Source of the DNA: an uncultured delta proteobacterium
Lineage (GTDB): Bacteria > Myxococcota > Kuafuiibacteriia > Kuafuiibacteriales > Kuafuiibacteriaceae
Direction: 5' to 3'
DNA: 64,000 nt
NCBI GenBank assembly: GCA_963803435.1
Contig: CAWDML010000005.1
Location: forward strand, 448,001-512,000
Position 1 is the stretch's first letter. Each line of letters starts with the position of its first letter. The position numbers and the translations under genes are program-made. This document shows positions 43,505-54,130 of this stretch, in pieces. The notes beneath the pieces were generated by a model. It did not search any database, was not told the DNA's origin, and was given only the letters and a program-made list of their open reading frames with translations.

Positions 43505-44398
43505 GCGACACGACGGCGAGCCTGCGCCGGAAGCTCGACAGCGCCCGCGAGCTGCAGTCCGTCGTCCGCACGATGAAATCCTTGGCCGCATCGAGCATCG
43601 GCCAATACGAACGCTCGGTGCATGCCTTGGCCGATTACTATCGCACCGTAGAACTTGGCTTGGGTGTCTGTCTTCGGGCGAGCGAGCCCGTCGTGTCGAT
43701 GGTGGTGCAGAGAGGAAAGAACGAGGGCCGCGTGATCGGTGCGGTGGTCTTCGGCTCCGATCAGGGCCTGGTGGGTCAGTTCAATGACGTGGTGGCCGCG
43801 AGCGCGATCAAGGCGCTGTCGGCGCTGCCCGGTCAGGCCCGAGTGTGGGTCGTTGGCGAACGGATTCATGCGAGTCTCGCGGAGGCCGGTCTGCGGCTGA
43901 TGAAGCTCTTCAGCGTACCCAACTCCGTGGAGGGCATTGTCCCGCTGGTCGGAGAGATTCTCCTCGAGAGCGAGAGCGGTCCTCACGACCATTCGGAGGT
44001 GACCGAGCTCCACCTCCTCTACAACCAGCACGGCTCCGGGCCCGTCTACGCGCCCGTGAGTCAGCGACTGCTGCCGCTCGACGAAGATTGGCGGCGTAAG
44101 CTGGCTGAGCGTCCCTGGCCGACGGCGATCCTGCCCGAGGTCATGGGAAGGGGCACGGAGACGCTTGAGAGCGCTGATCCGTGAATACCTCTTCGTTTCG
44201 CTGTTTCGAGCGTGCGCCGAGTCCCTCGCGAGCGAAAACGCGAGCCGGCTGGCGGCGATGGAACGCGCCGACAAGAACATCGACGAATTGCTGCAGGACT
44301 TGGGTGGGACCTTTCATCGACTACGCCAGAGAGCCATCGACGAGGAGCTCTTCGACGTCATCTCCGGCTTCGAGGCGCTGGCCGGAGCCGAACGGTAG
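43501..44398 (+). CDS. atpG: N-ATPase gamma subunit, frameshift near 44165
   Basis: [10 protein letters not shown] and SDQGLVG; [10 protein letters not shown]...[10 protein letters not shown] lies in ORF 44165-44398. Confidence 0.9.
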
Positions 44399-44429
44399 TT
44401 CGCGACCACCAGCGTCATTGGGGGAAAAG

Positions 44430-45299
44430 ATGAAGTTGCACGTCAATGACTTCCGCGTCGACGAGGGCGCCGATGTCAATCTCGCGAAGTGGCCGACGCG
44501 AGTGGCTCCGATTTACGACTCGAAGGACGACTATCACAAGCTTCTCGAGAAGGACGTCGCACGACTGAGTGCTCTACAGGAGCTCCTCTATGCGTCCGAC
44601 AAATATGCCGTCCTACTCATCTTCCAAGCGATGGACGCCGCAGGAAAAGACGGGGCCATCAAGCACGTGATGTCGGGTGTCAACCCGCAGGGCTGCCAGG
44701 TATTCAGCTACAAGCATCCGAGCGTTGCCGAACAGCAACATGATTTCCTCTGGCGAACGACCCGTGATCTCCCGGAGCGCGGGAGGATCGGGATCTTCAA
44801 TCGCTCGTACTATGAGGAAGTGCTGATCGTACGTGTGCACCGCGACATTCTTCAGAGCGAAGGGGTCCCGGACTCGCCGCGGCACGACAAGACGATCTGG
44901 CGCCACCGCTATCGCTCGATCGCGGATCTGGAGAAGCACCTCCACGAGAACGGAACTCGCATCATCAAGTTCTTCCTTCACCTCTCGGAGGAAGAGCAGC
45001 GAAAGCGCTTCCTCGCTCGGATCGACGAGCCGACCAAGAATTGGAAGTTCGGCCCAGCCGACATCGCCGAGCGGAAGCTGTGGCCCCACTATATGAAGGC
45101 CTATGAGGAATGCATCGGCGCGACCAGCTCGGACAATTCGCCCTGGTATATCGTGCCCGCCGACGACAAGGACAACGCGCGACTGATCATCTCCGGGATC
45201 GTTCTCGATACCCTCGACGGACTCGAGATGAACTATCCCGTGGCGAGCGAACAACGTCGGCGCGAATTGCTGACCATTCGGCAGGAGCTCGCGAAGTAA
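44430..45299 (+). CDS. ppk2: polyphosphate kinase 2 family protein
   Basis: [20 protein letters not shown] and [10 protein letters not shown] motifs. Confidence 0.95.
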   Translation: MKLHVNDFRVDEGADVNLAKWPTRVAPIYDSKDDYHKLLEKDVARLSALQELLYASDKYAVLLIFQAMDAAGKDGAIKHVMSGVNPQGCQVFSYKHPSVAEQQHDFLWRTTRDLPERGRIGIFNRSYYEEVLIVRVHRDILQSEGVPDSPRHDKTIWRHRYRSIADLEKHLHENGTRIIKFFLHLSEEEQRKRFLARIDEPTKNWKFGPADIAERKLWPHYMKAYEECIGATSSDNSPWYIVPADDKDNARLIISGIVLDTLDGLEMNYPVASEQRRRELLTIRQELAK

Positions 45300-45831
45300 C
45301 AGCTCTTGACCGTCAGTTGAAGCTGCATCCATCCGCGTGCGAGCGCTGTTCGATCTCGATGAGACCGATCCCAGCGGCCCCCGCCCTGTTCGGCGGCAGG
45401 TCGCATCTTCACGCATAACGTCCGGGAACAACGACCACCGGCTTTCATGCGCAGGCATCCCTCGTGTATCGCCGGAAAAGGTCAACGCGGAGATCCGCAG
45501 ATTGATCGCGTCCAATCCGTCGGCGAATGGCCGATCTCGCCGGAGTCGGTCTCTTCGTTGCCAACGAAGATTCAACCGCCTTTCAGCTCAAGGAAGGCGA
45601 CGCCGAGTTGGATCGCACCTTGCGCGATCTCGCTCGCTCTGCTTCACAGCGCTGGCGATCAATAACGGCCTCCTCGTTCGCGATCCTCGAATGCAGCTTC
45701 CTGGTGCTCGCCTTCGGCCGCCCTGTCCATGAGACACAGCATTACTACTATCTGTCTCGGCTCGCGGCGTTCGTATAGATCATCGTGGGGATCTTCGACA
45801 AGAACCGACGAAAGGATCGCCCGAGACAACC

Positions 45832-47950
45832 TTGACCTTCCTCGCGCTGACCGTCCTCCTCAGCGCCGCGACCGCACCGCTGAGCGCAGAGGTTCATGAG
45901 ACTTCGACCGCCACCGCGACCTTCGCGAACCTGATCGCAGAACTCAAGGCGATCGAGCAGACGTTGACCACGACGACCTCCACCGCCGCCCTCCTCTCCG
46001 AGGAGGGAAGGGAGATGCAGACCGCGACGGCGTCGGCAGCGAGCGTCGCGTCTGGCCCCTTCGAGCGCGTCTCCGAAGGACCCCCGCCGGCGCACCGAGA
46101 GGAGGCGATCCGACTGGTCTTTACCGGCCGCTTCAACGGCCTCGGCGTCGATCGCTATCGGTTCGATCTTCCCGAACGACTCGATCGGCTCCTCACAGGA
46201 CGTGGCGGGCTCTCTCGAGTGCAAGCGCATCATGGAGTCTTGGTGCAGCGATCGTCGCTCTTGGTCGCTCCCGACGGCCGCGCGAGCAGCTTGATCGACT
46301 TCTTTGCCGGCGGCTCCACGGAGCCGAACGTCGCGTGCGACTTGCCCGAGGAAGCGTGGTCTGTGCTTTCGGGCGCGGAGCGGCTGATCCTCCCCGTCGG
46401 CGAAGAGTGGCAGCCGGCGAGCGCGGCCCCCTGGTGGCTTCGCGAGCTCGCCAAGACCGGCGTGATGCGCGAGTTCGAGCGCCGTCGTTGCCGAGCCGGC
46501 GGGCATCAGGCGTTCCTGTACTCCCCTGCCTCCGACGAGTTTCGCCCGCCGAGCTGGCGGCTCTCCGACTTCGAGTTTCGACGCTAGCGGTCGACCTCCA
46601 CGACGAGCGAAGGACTTCGACGATCGAGATCGTCGGCCTACCAGCCAATGAGCCCGCCCGACGCTTTCATCTGCTGAAGGCGGAGCGTGATGAGCCGGGC
46701 CCCACACTCTACGTCGACGCCGGGTCTTTCGTCGATGGCTCGAGCCGACTCGACAACGGCCGGCTCAGCCTCCATCGCCCGCTCGCGTTTGAGATGCTCT
46801 CTCGCCTGCGCCCCACGGCCCTCGTGCCCGGGCAGACGGAGCTGATCCCGGGCGTGGCGGACTTCCTCGCGCAGGCGCGGTTCGCGCGGCTCCCCTACGT
46901 AGCAACCAATTGGGCCACCGAGCACCCTGGGGATGCGCTCCCGAAGTCGCTCATCTCCGACGTCGAGCTCACCTCGAGCGTCGTCTTGCGGGTGGCATTC
47001 CTCGGGATCGTCGATCCCAACCTCGAGCGCCGGGTGGCGCACCTGAAGACCGACGGGATTCGCATCGGCGAGCCGATTCAGGCCGTCCATGACGAGCTCG
47101 ATCGGCTTGCGAGGGACGCGCATCCGCCCGACGTGGTCATCATCCTGACCTCGGCGGGCCCGGAGGTCGTCGACAAGATTCGACGAGTTCCCGGGATCGA
47201 TCTCGGCGATGCGAACTCCGCCGAAGATCGGACGACCCAAACGACGATCCACCTGAAAGCCGACAACGACGACCACCGTCCCGTCGCGGCGCTCTTGCCG
47301 TTGCGGGCGATCGGTTCGGCGAAGCTGACCCTCTCCCACGACCAAACGAGGTGGGCGCTCACCACCATCGACTCGTCCTTTCTGGAGACGAGGGAAGATC
47401 TGCTCCCCGATCCGCGGGTGACGGCCGTGCTGCCCCAAGTGCGCGCGGCCGCCTATCCGCGGCTCGAGAAGATCCGCCTACAGAAAAAGCCCGGAGGACC
47501 TTTGGCCGCGCTGACGGATGATGAGTGGCAACACGTCGTCTGCGAGTGCGTGCGCAAATACACCAGCGCCGACGTCGTGTTCCTCCCCGATCTGCCGAGC
47601 ATCGAGCGACTGCCCGGGGCCATCTCCGGGATCGTGCTCGCCCAGCGTTTGGCGGTGATCGATCAGCTCGCCGTCGACGCCGTGGGGGGGACGATCTGGC
47701 CGGCATCCTCCATCAACCTCCGCCGGGCATCAGTACCGCCTGCAGAGGCCAGCTGGGAGCGGCAGGGAACGAAGTTGGGGGACGTCCGCTTTCGAGCGCT
47801 CGGACCTATCGGATCGCCACCACCGATCGGGCGATCGTCCTCGGCTTGGGCGAGCGCTTGGCCGCGGTCCACGCGGCGCGACTATTCGAGTCGAGCGAGG
47901 TCGAGCGATTGGTGACGTCCAATGGCGATCCGACGACCCTTCGTCACTAG
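45832..47950 (+). pseudogene. exported 5'-nucleotidase/metallophosphoesterase-like protein, frameshifted and truncated
   Basis: Signal peptide at 45832; after a shift near 46580, LYVDAG, LPYVATN, RVAFLGIVDP and DVVIILT follow with degenerate metal ligands. Confidence 0.55.
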
Positions 47951-47979
47951 GGCCAAGGCGTCGAGTGCATCGTCCGTCC

Positions 47980-48330
47980 ATGTTCGCGCCTTTCGGCGAC
48001 TCGGCGTCCTGGTCCTCAGTTGCGGTGTCCTTGCTGGGCTCGGTGCCACCTCGTTCTGGAGGATTCGCTCGTTGCGGACAGCCGAGAGTCGCGCGATCGG
48101 CCAGCTGGAGGATCGCGTCGTGCTCGGCAAAATCCGGCTCGCGTTCGAGCATGAGATCGCCGCCGGTCGCGGATACCTCGTCGCCCGATCAGGAGACTTC
48201 CAAACCCGCGCGGAAGGCGCTCGACGGGAGTTCTTGGACAGCATCGGGAATCTACGGCGGACTATTTCGTCCGATCGCATGAACACGTTCATCAACGGGA
48301 TCGTTACGCAGGAGCAGGTGCACCACGACG
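47980..48330 (+). pseudogene. sensor-protein N-terminal fragment (TM plus helical sensor)
   Basis: Hydrophobic helix then IAAGRGYLV...GD; ends abruptly. Confidence 0.35.
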
Positions 48331-48482
48331 CCCCCAAAAATTTCGCCCGCGAGATTCGGTCCACAGTACGCAAGACGGCCCCCGGTAACACCGTCGACTT
48401 TAGCCATACTTGCCCCAGGGTCCGCGCGCCGTGAACGACCGCCACAAAGCCCGGAAGGTATCTCGTTGCGTGTCACCAGGAT

Positions 48483-48790
48483 TCAGCTCGCGAGTGTCTT
48501 GGCGCGGGCCACCTCAGCTTCGAGTTCGGCGATCTTCCGATGGAGCGGCGCGGTCGCTGCTGCGATCTCCGATTCGGTAAACCGCGGCGTGATGTACCCC
48601 GGACAGTTCCAATCGAAGGCAACGATGTCGAGCAACACCAATCGTTCGACGCGGCGCCGGAGCGCGATCGACGGAGACAGGCGATCAGCGATCCGCTGAT
48701 GCTCCTGGGGGGCCAGCACGCGCGCCTTGGCCAGGATCTTCAACCGCTGCGCCGGATAGTCCATCAAGAAGAGGGCGACGCGACCCGCAC
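48483..48790 (-). pseudogene. pyridoxamine 5'-phosphate oxidase-family C-terminal fragment
   Basis: RVALFLMDYP..RLKIL...VERL...AFDWNCP.YITPRF; N-terminal half absent. Confidence 0.75.
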
Positions 48791-49435
48791 CCCACCGCCG
48801 AATACGACGTCAACAGGCTGTAGGCAGGAGCACTGGCTTCGTCGGGGCGACCTCTTAAGTTCGGAAGCGCGGCCCCGGGGTATCGGATTTTCATAACCAT
48901 ACTTGCTCGGCCGTTGCCTGCCTCGCCCCGGAAGTCCATGCGTACACGCTCCGGAGCAGGGGCGTTCTCGAGGAACTCGTTGAGATGCTCGGTGGACCAC
49001 GTGTAGCAGGTTTACCGATAGAACGCCTTCCCCTGTGTTCGGCCGTGCATGCGAAACCGCTGATGGCCACCAGAATCATCTCCGGGAGCGCGTCAACAAG
49101 ACGTGCCCACGAAAAGTCTGCTTCGCCGCACCGACCTCCTGGGCTCTTCCGCTGGCGTGACACCAGTATGGCCTTTGGCGGTTTTGTTCCCGTGTCGAGA
49201 GTCTTCTCTTGCCCCAAAGGGTCACCGCGTGCAAACCAGCGGGAGCCCTCTGTTGGGCACGTGCCCACGACGCTCGGTCCCTTGAATTCGCCGAGGGACC
49301 ATCTCCGTGGTGCCGCAACAACGCATTCAATCCTGGCGAGTCCATTGAAGGACTCAAATGCAACCAACCTTCCGCTCCGGCTGTGCAAGTGACTCGTCGT
49401 CCTCCTGTGTCTCCGAAGAAACAGGAGATTGCAAA

Positions 49436-49987
49436 ATGAACCATGCAGCGAAACGCAAGACCAAGAAGCTGCACGCGCTCGAATCTGGGAGAACCGAGCG
49501 CGACCTCCTCCAAGCGCTCGGACAATGCCTCGCAAGGCGATTCGACCCTGATCTGTTCGACTATCCATCGTGTATGGAGTGCGGTGCCGCGTGCCACGAT
49601 GACTTCGCAGTACAGGATCAGATTTGGCTCCAAGCGGTTCCCGGCTGCGCTGGACACCTTCATCTCTGCTGCCTTGAAAAGCGTGTCGGGCGGGCTCTCG
49701 TTGTGGAAGACTTCCAGCAGGACGCGCCGTGCAATCAAGAGCTCTTGGTAGCAATGCGGTGTGGCTGGCACTGGGAGAGTCTCCAGAACTTCGACAGCCG
49801 GCTGAGAACGATTGCCTGGTTGCTGCTCAAAAGGCTTGAAGCCGGAACGTATCCGTTGCCCAACGATCAAGTCGGCCCCGATCGTCCACTTTCGGAGGAT
49901 CCCGCGCGGCTTCTTTCGGAAATAATAGAAGATGGCACACTCGGCGAACTTGGCACCTTCATGACCTTGATCGACTCTCGAACCTAG
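49436..49987 (+). CDS. hypothetical zinc-finger protein
   Basis: AGGAG RBS; CMECG...W...HLCCLEKRVGR motif. Confidence 0.6.
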   Translation: MNHAAKRKTKKLHALESGRTERDLLQALGQCLARRFDPDLFDYPSCMECGAACHDDFAVQDQIWLQAVPGCAGHLHLCCLEKRVGRALVVEDFQQDAPCNQELLVAMRCGWHWESLQNFDSRLRTIAWLLLKRLEAGTYPLPNDQVGPDRPLSEDPARLLSEIIEDGTLGELGTFMTLIDSRT

Positions 49988-50230
49988 CGCCTGCCAACTC
50001 GAGGTCCGCCATCATGTGCACTCGTCCCCGACGGATTCGCTTGAGATGTTCCGTTGTGCAGGACCACCAACGAAATATCGGTCTCCGGCGCGCCGCCAGA
50101 GAAGGTTGATCATCGACTGAACCCGCTAATCGCAGCGTCAACAGGTTGGGGTGCGAGGATGGGAAGCGCCCGTGCTGATCTCCGTCTCTCCGTTCACGCA
50201 GTTGGTCACCGATCAATGCACAGAGATCGC

Positions 50231-50518
50231 TCAGCTCAGAGCGGGCGGACGCCCATAGAGGCGCCATACTTCGCCCACCTTGCTCAACTCTACGCCCTCG
50301 CATCCTGCGCAGTTGCAGGGTGCGGTGACCCTCCACTCCAAGTTGCGCCACAGCATGCTCTCGGCAACGGCTTGAAGATCCCGCCTCAAGGTCCCACGCT
50401 GGTGCAACTCGAAGCTTACGAGGCTCAGCAGGTCGTTGCTCCTGCCCTCCTTGGCGGCCTCGCGCGCAAGTTTCGATAGTGCAGCGCGACTCTCCTGGAT
50501 CTCATTGTTGGTCAACAT
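50231..50518 (-). CDS. hypothetical protein
   Basis: GGAGG upstream and a CNCAGC motif. Confidence 0.5.
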   Translation of the reverse strand: MLTNNEIQESRAALSKLAREAAKEGRSNDLLSLVSFELHQRGTLRRDLQAVAESMLWRNLEWRVTAPCNCAGCEGVELSKVGEVWRLYGRPPALS

Positions 50519-50724
50519 GTACGAATCCTTCCTCCGCGAGTCGGCTCACCGATTGCGATGAGCCTTTGTCGCCGATGGGGGCCATGCTGCGGTTCGGAGG
50601 GATCGGTGGGGAGCGGGACGTCCAAGCGAGGCGCTCAGGGCGAGAACGACGGCTGAAATCGTGTCGCTGTAGGACGAGTCGTTGTTGGCGACCTTTGGCT
50701 GGATCTTCATCCCATGAAGAATGT

Positions 50725-51060
50725 CTACGGTGGTACGGTGCGCTGGGGTACCGGGATCAACCTCCAGTGAATCTGGGACCGGTACCGAAGCTTCGAGCCG
50801 CCGCTCGCTGGAAAGCAGCCCCGGCAGTGGAGCGACTTGGCGACGTCGGAAACGAGCAGGTCCGCCCGCCTCGTTCCGCATTCCGGACACAAGAACCAGG
50901 GCCGCAAGCCGCCAAACCCACCAGGTGTGTGCTGAATGAAGATCTTCCATCTGCCGAGTTCGACGGTGACCGGAGCGTCGCTGTCGCCATGACGCTCTGG
51001 CAGGACATCACGTACCCTCAGGCGAGGAACGTCTTCGACAGCACGGGCTGTGGAAATCAT
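50725..51060 (-). CDS. zinc-finger protein of a type common in mobile elements
   Basis: FGGLRPWFLCPECG...CRGC...LRYRSQ; the C-terminus may be frameshifted. Confidence 0.65.
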   Translation of the reverse strand: MISTARAVEDVPRLRVRDVLPERHGDSDAPVTVELGRWKIFIQHTPGGFGGLRPWFLCPECGTRRADLLVSDVAKSLHCRGCFPASGGSKLRYRSQIHWRLIPVPQRTVPP

Positions 51061-51071
51061 CTTGGGAAGCC

Positions 51072-51653
51072 CTACTCCTCGGATCCGATCCTCAGCGACT
51101 GCACGCCACCGTTGACGTTCTTCACAGCGATGTTCACCTGCGGCCGCCTGCTTCGGATCAGCGCCTCCACGGCGGCCCGAGCCTCGGCTCTTGCCCAACA
51201 TGCCATGCGGTCGACTTTGGACGCCTCCTTGATGCGGCCGTCGCTCATCAGTTTGGTCGCGACCATCGCGCGGACCTGGGCTGCGAAGAAGCTGCCAAGA
51301 GCGATGTCGGCGAGCAGCGCAATTTCGGGAGTGCGACCGTAGCGTTCGATCAGAGCTGCACGTACCGGGGCCATCGACGAGAAGATCTCGGCCTCGGTCT
51401 GATTGCCGAAACCGGGCATCAAGGACACGGCCGCTCGCCCGTTGAGGAAGGTCTCGAGTCCATCGACATCATCAATCTCCCCGCCTCTGCCGCCGACGAA
51501 TAGATCCAGAACTTCGTCGACTGACATCGGTGCGTAGTCGAACCGCTCGGGGTGAAGATGCGGATCACTCGTACGCGCATGTGGAAGGCGCTTCTTCATC
51601 TCCCGAGCGAGCGCGTGGGGGTCGAGTCGGATGCGATCTTGAGTCTGCACCAT
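51072..51653 (-). CDS. hypothetical protein
   Basis: GGAGGAG RBS on a 193-aa ORF heading a leftward gene run. Confidence 0.65.
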   Translation of the reverse strand: MVQTQDRIRLDPHALAREMKKRLPHARTSDPHLHPERFDYAPMSVDEVLDLFVGGRGGEIDDVDGLETFLNGRAAVSLMPGFGNQTEAEIFSSMAPVRAALIERYGRTPEIALLADIALGSFFAAQVRAMVATKLMSDGRIKEASKVDRMACWARAEARAAVEALIRSRRPQVNIAVKNVNGGVQSLRIGSEE

Positions 51654-51838
51654 GCTCCTCCATTCTCAGGGTTCAATGATCCCGTGGGAAGTGGCGCATC
51701 CCGGGACCCGGAAGCGTAGTTGACGGTGCGCCCGCCGACCACCCGCGGTCCGCGGTGAAATTCGAGGCAGGCATCCTGGGATAAGCATCTTGGCAGTGAG
51801 CAATCGCTCGCCGCCTTTCATCGCCAGAAGGAGGCATT

Positions 51839-52802
51839 ATGAATTTCACCAGGATCAGAGCTGCGCAGGAGCGGCTCGCAAACGCGGGCAGCAACCCACT
51901 GGGCACGGTGCTTTGGTGGGCGCTCAACGGAACAAGGATCAACCAGCGGGATCTCGCTGCTGTCGCAGAGCGACACGGGCTCGACGCCAGATATCTGCCG
52001 GCCGAGCTCAAGACCGCGCAGGCATTTCGGCGTGCCTGGAGACACGCGAGCACCAGACTCCCCTCAGGGCTGATGTTGCGACCGATCGGCGACAACTCCG
52101 AGGAGATCTCGGTGGGTCTCGTCCAGGAAAAGGCCGACGAGGTGCGGAAGGAGCTCGACTACGACCTCGTTCTACGGATCGCCTTCGACAAGAAGAACAG
52201 CATGATCGCGGGAGACGTCGAGCATGGAGTCGTGGAACAGGTGCGAGAGCTCTACGACCACCACCTGAACCACACCAGCGAGGACGTCCGGCTCATGATG
52301 ACAGCATTCCTCGCCGAAGCCGGCGTGACGCTCAGGGATGCGGGAGGCGTGTACTTCGTACCGGAGGCGAAAGCGGTTCAGCTCGACGCTCTCTGCCGGG
52401 TGGTGGAGGAGATCGGTAGGAACCGCACTTTTCGCCTGCCGATCGTGGATACGCCGGCCACTCGGATTCTCGCTCCGAGAAGTGGCCGAGCGGACTCTCG
52501 ATGACGAGGTTCGCCACCTCGAAGAAGAGCTCGCCGGGTTCAATCTCGAGAAGGTCCGGGAGAGCACGCTTGAGCGGCGCCTCGAGATGTTCGAGCAGCT
52601 TCGGTCACGAGCTGCGTTGTTCGCAGGTGTGCTCGCCTTCAAGGCAGACGGGCTGAACGAGCGCATTGCCTCGATGCGTGACCAACTCCGGAGACACCTC
52701 GCGATCGATCTCATTCCGGTCGAGCAGGCCACCCTTTCCGACTCGATGCGGAAGGTCTCCGTCGCCTTGCGCGCGCCGTTCGCGTCAGACGTGGGCTTCT
52801 GA
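51839..52802 (+). CDS. DUF6744/DUF3150-like protein, frameshift near 52470
   Basis: AGGAGG RBS; LG.VLWW...AFRRA...LRDAGGVYFVP, with a coiled-coil C-terminus in ORF 52338-52802. Confidence 0.7.
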
Positions 52803-52943
52803 GCGCTTCGCCAAGGTCGGCCCGACATCGGTCGGTCCGCAGCGGGTTCGGTTCCACAACAACTGCACCGCGACGGTGCAATCACAAACTGGGCAGGCGG
52901 CGGCTCAGATGCCGCCGTCTGTCCTCGCAATTGGAGGTCCAAG

Positions 52944-54122
52944 ATGTCGAAATTGAAGACTGTTCCCGCGAGCTGCTCGGCAGCCCACCGGGCCACCCTG
53001 GAAATTCTGCGCTGTGAGCTCAAGGCGTCGTTCCTTGAACGCGACGAGATCGTCGATGGCCTGCTGTGCGCGCTGCTCGTCGGCCATCACGTGCTCCTTC
53101 TCGGCCCACCTGGGACAGCGAAGAGCGCGCTCGTCAACACGCTCACGGGCTCCATCGATGGGGCCACCTGCTTTTCCTGGCTACTAACGAAGTTCTCAAC
53201 GCCGGAGGAGATCTTCGGGCCGATCTCGTTGGCTGCCCTCCAGCAGGATCGCGTCGCACGCATTACCAGAGGGAAGCTTCCGGAAGCTCACGTGGCCTTC
53301 CTGGACGAGATCTTCAAATCGAACTCGGCGATCCTGAACGCGCTCCTCACGCTGGTGAACGAGCGGGTCTTCTTCAACGATGGGAAGGCGGTCCCGTGCC
53401 CGATCCAGACGCTCGTCGCCGCGAGCAACGAGCTGCCCGATGGTCACGAGCTGGAGGCCCTCTTCGATCGCTTCGCGCTTCGGTATTGGGTTCCGTACGT
53501 AGCCGAGCCTCGAAGCATCCGATCTCTGCTGGCGAGCCCGATGGCGCCACGGAGTCCCTCCATCACGCTGGCGGATCTCAGCCTCTGCCAGAGTGAGGCG
53601 GCGAATGTGACCATGCCGGACGCGGTGATCGACGCAGTCATCGCGATCAAGCAGAAGACCGAGGAGCAAGGCTTTCGGTCGTCGGACCGGCGCTGGCGGA
53701 AGCTCATCGAGCTGCTCAAAGCTCGCGCGTACCTCGAGGGCGATGACGTGGTCGGCGAAGACCACCTCGAGGTCCTCCCGGACTGCCTGTGGCGAGAGCC
53801 CAAGGAGAGGCCGGCACTCGCGGCGATCGTCGGCTCGGTAGGCAACCCGGCCAACGTGAGGGCCCTCGAGATCCTCGATGCCGCGAAGGAGTCGCTGGGC
53901 AAGCTCGGCGTCGTCGACGGGAAGGAGGCGAGCGCGAAGGCCGAGTGGCTCAAGAGCGCGTCCTTGGTGGAATCGCGCCTCAGCGACATGGAGGTGGAGC
54001 TATCGGAGCTCGTACAGCAGTACCCGAAGAGAAATCTTCGGCGCGCCAAGGAGGTGCTTGCGGCGATCACGGGGATGAAGAGCGACATTACGAAGCGCGT
54101 GGCTGCGCTCTACAGGTTGTGA
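52944..54122 (+). CDS. MoxR/RavA-like AAA+ ATPase
   Basis: GPPGTAKS, FLDEIFK, ILNALL, ASNELP, ALFDRF and SDRRW motifs. Confidence 0.92.
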   Translation: MSKLKTVPASCSAAHRATLEILRCELKASFLERDEIVDGLLCALLVGHHVLLLGPPGTAKSALVNTLTGSIDGATCFSWLLTKFSTPEEIFGPISLAALQQDRVARITRGKLPEAHVAFLDEIFKSNSAILNALLTLVNERVFFNDGKAVPCPIQTLVAASNELPDGHELEALFDRFALRYWVPYVAEPRSIRSLLASPMAPRSPSITLADLSLCQSEAANVTMPDAVIDAVIAIKQKTEEQGFRSSDRRWRKLIELLKARAYLEGDDVVGEDHLEVLPDCLWREPKERPALAAIVGSVGNPANVRALEILDAAKESLGKLGVVDGKEASAKAEWLKSASLVESRLSDMEVELSELVQQYPKRNLRRAKEVLAAITGMKSDITKRVAALYRL

Positions 54123-54130
54123 GGTGAACC

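Noticed and set aside
43090-44170. Programmed frameshifting in atpA/atpG
   Set aside because: No slippery sequences at the shift points; error or decay is simpler.
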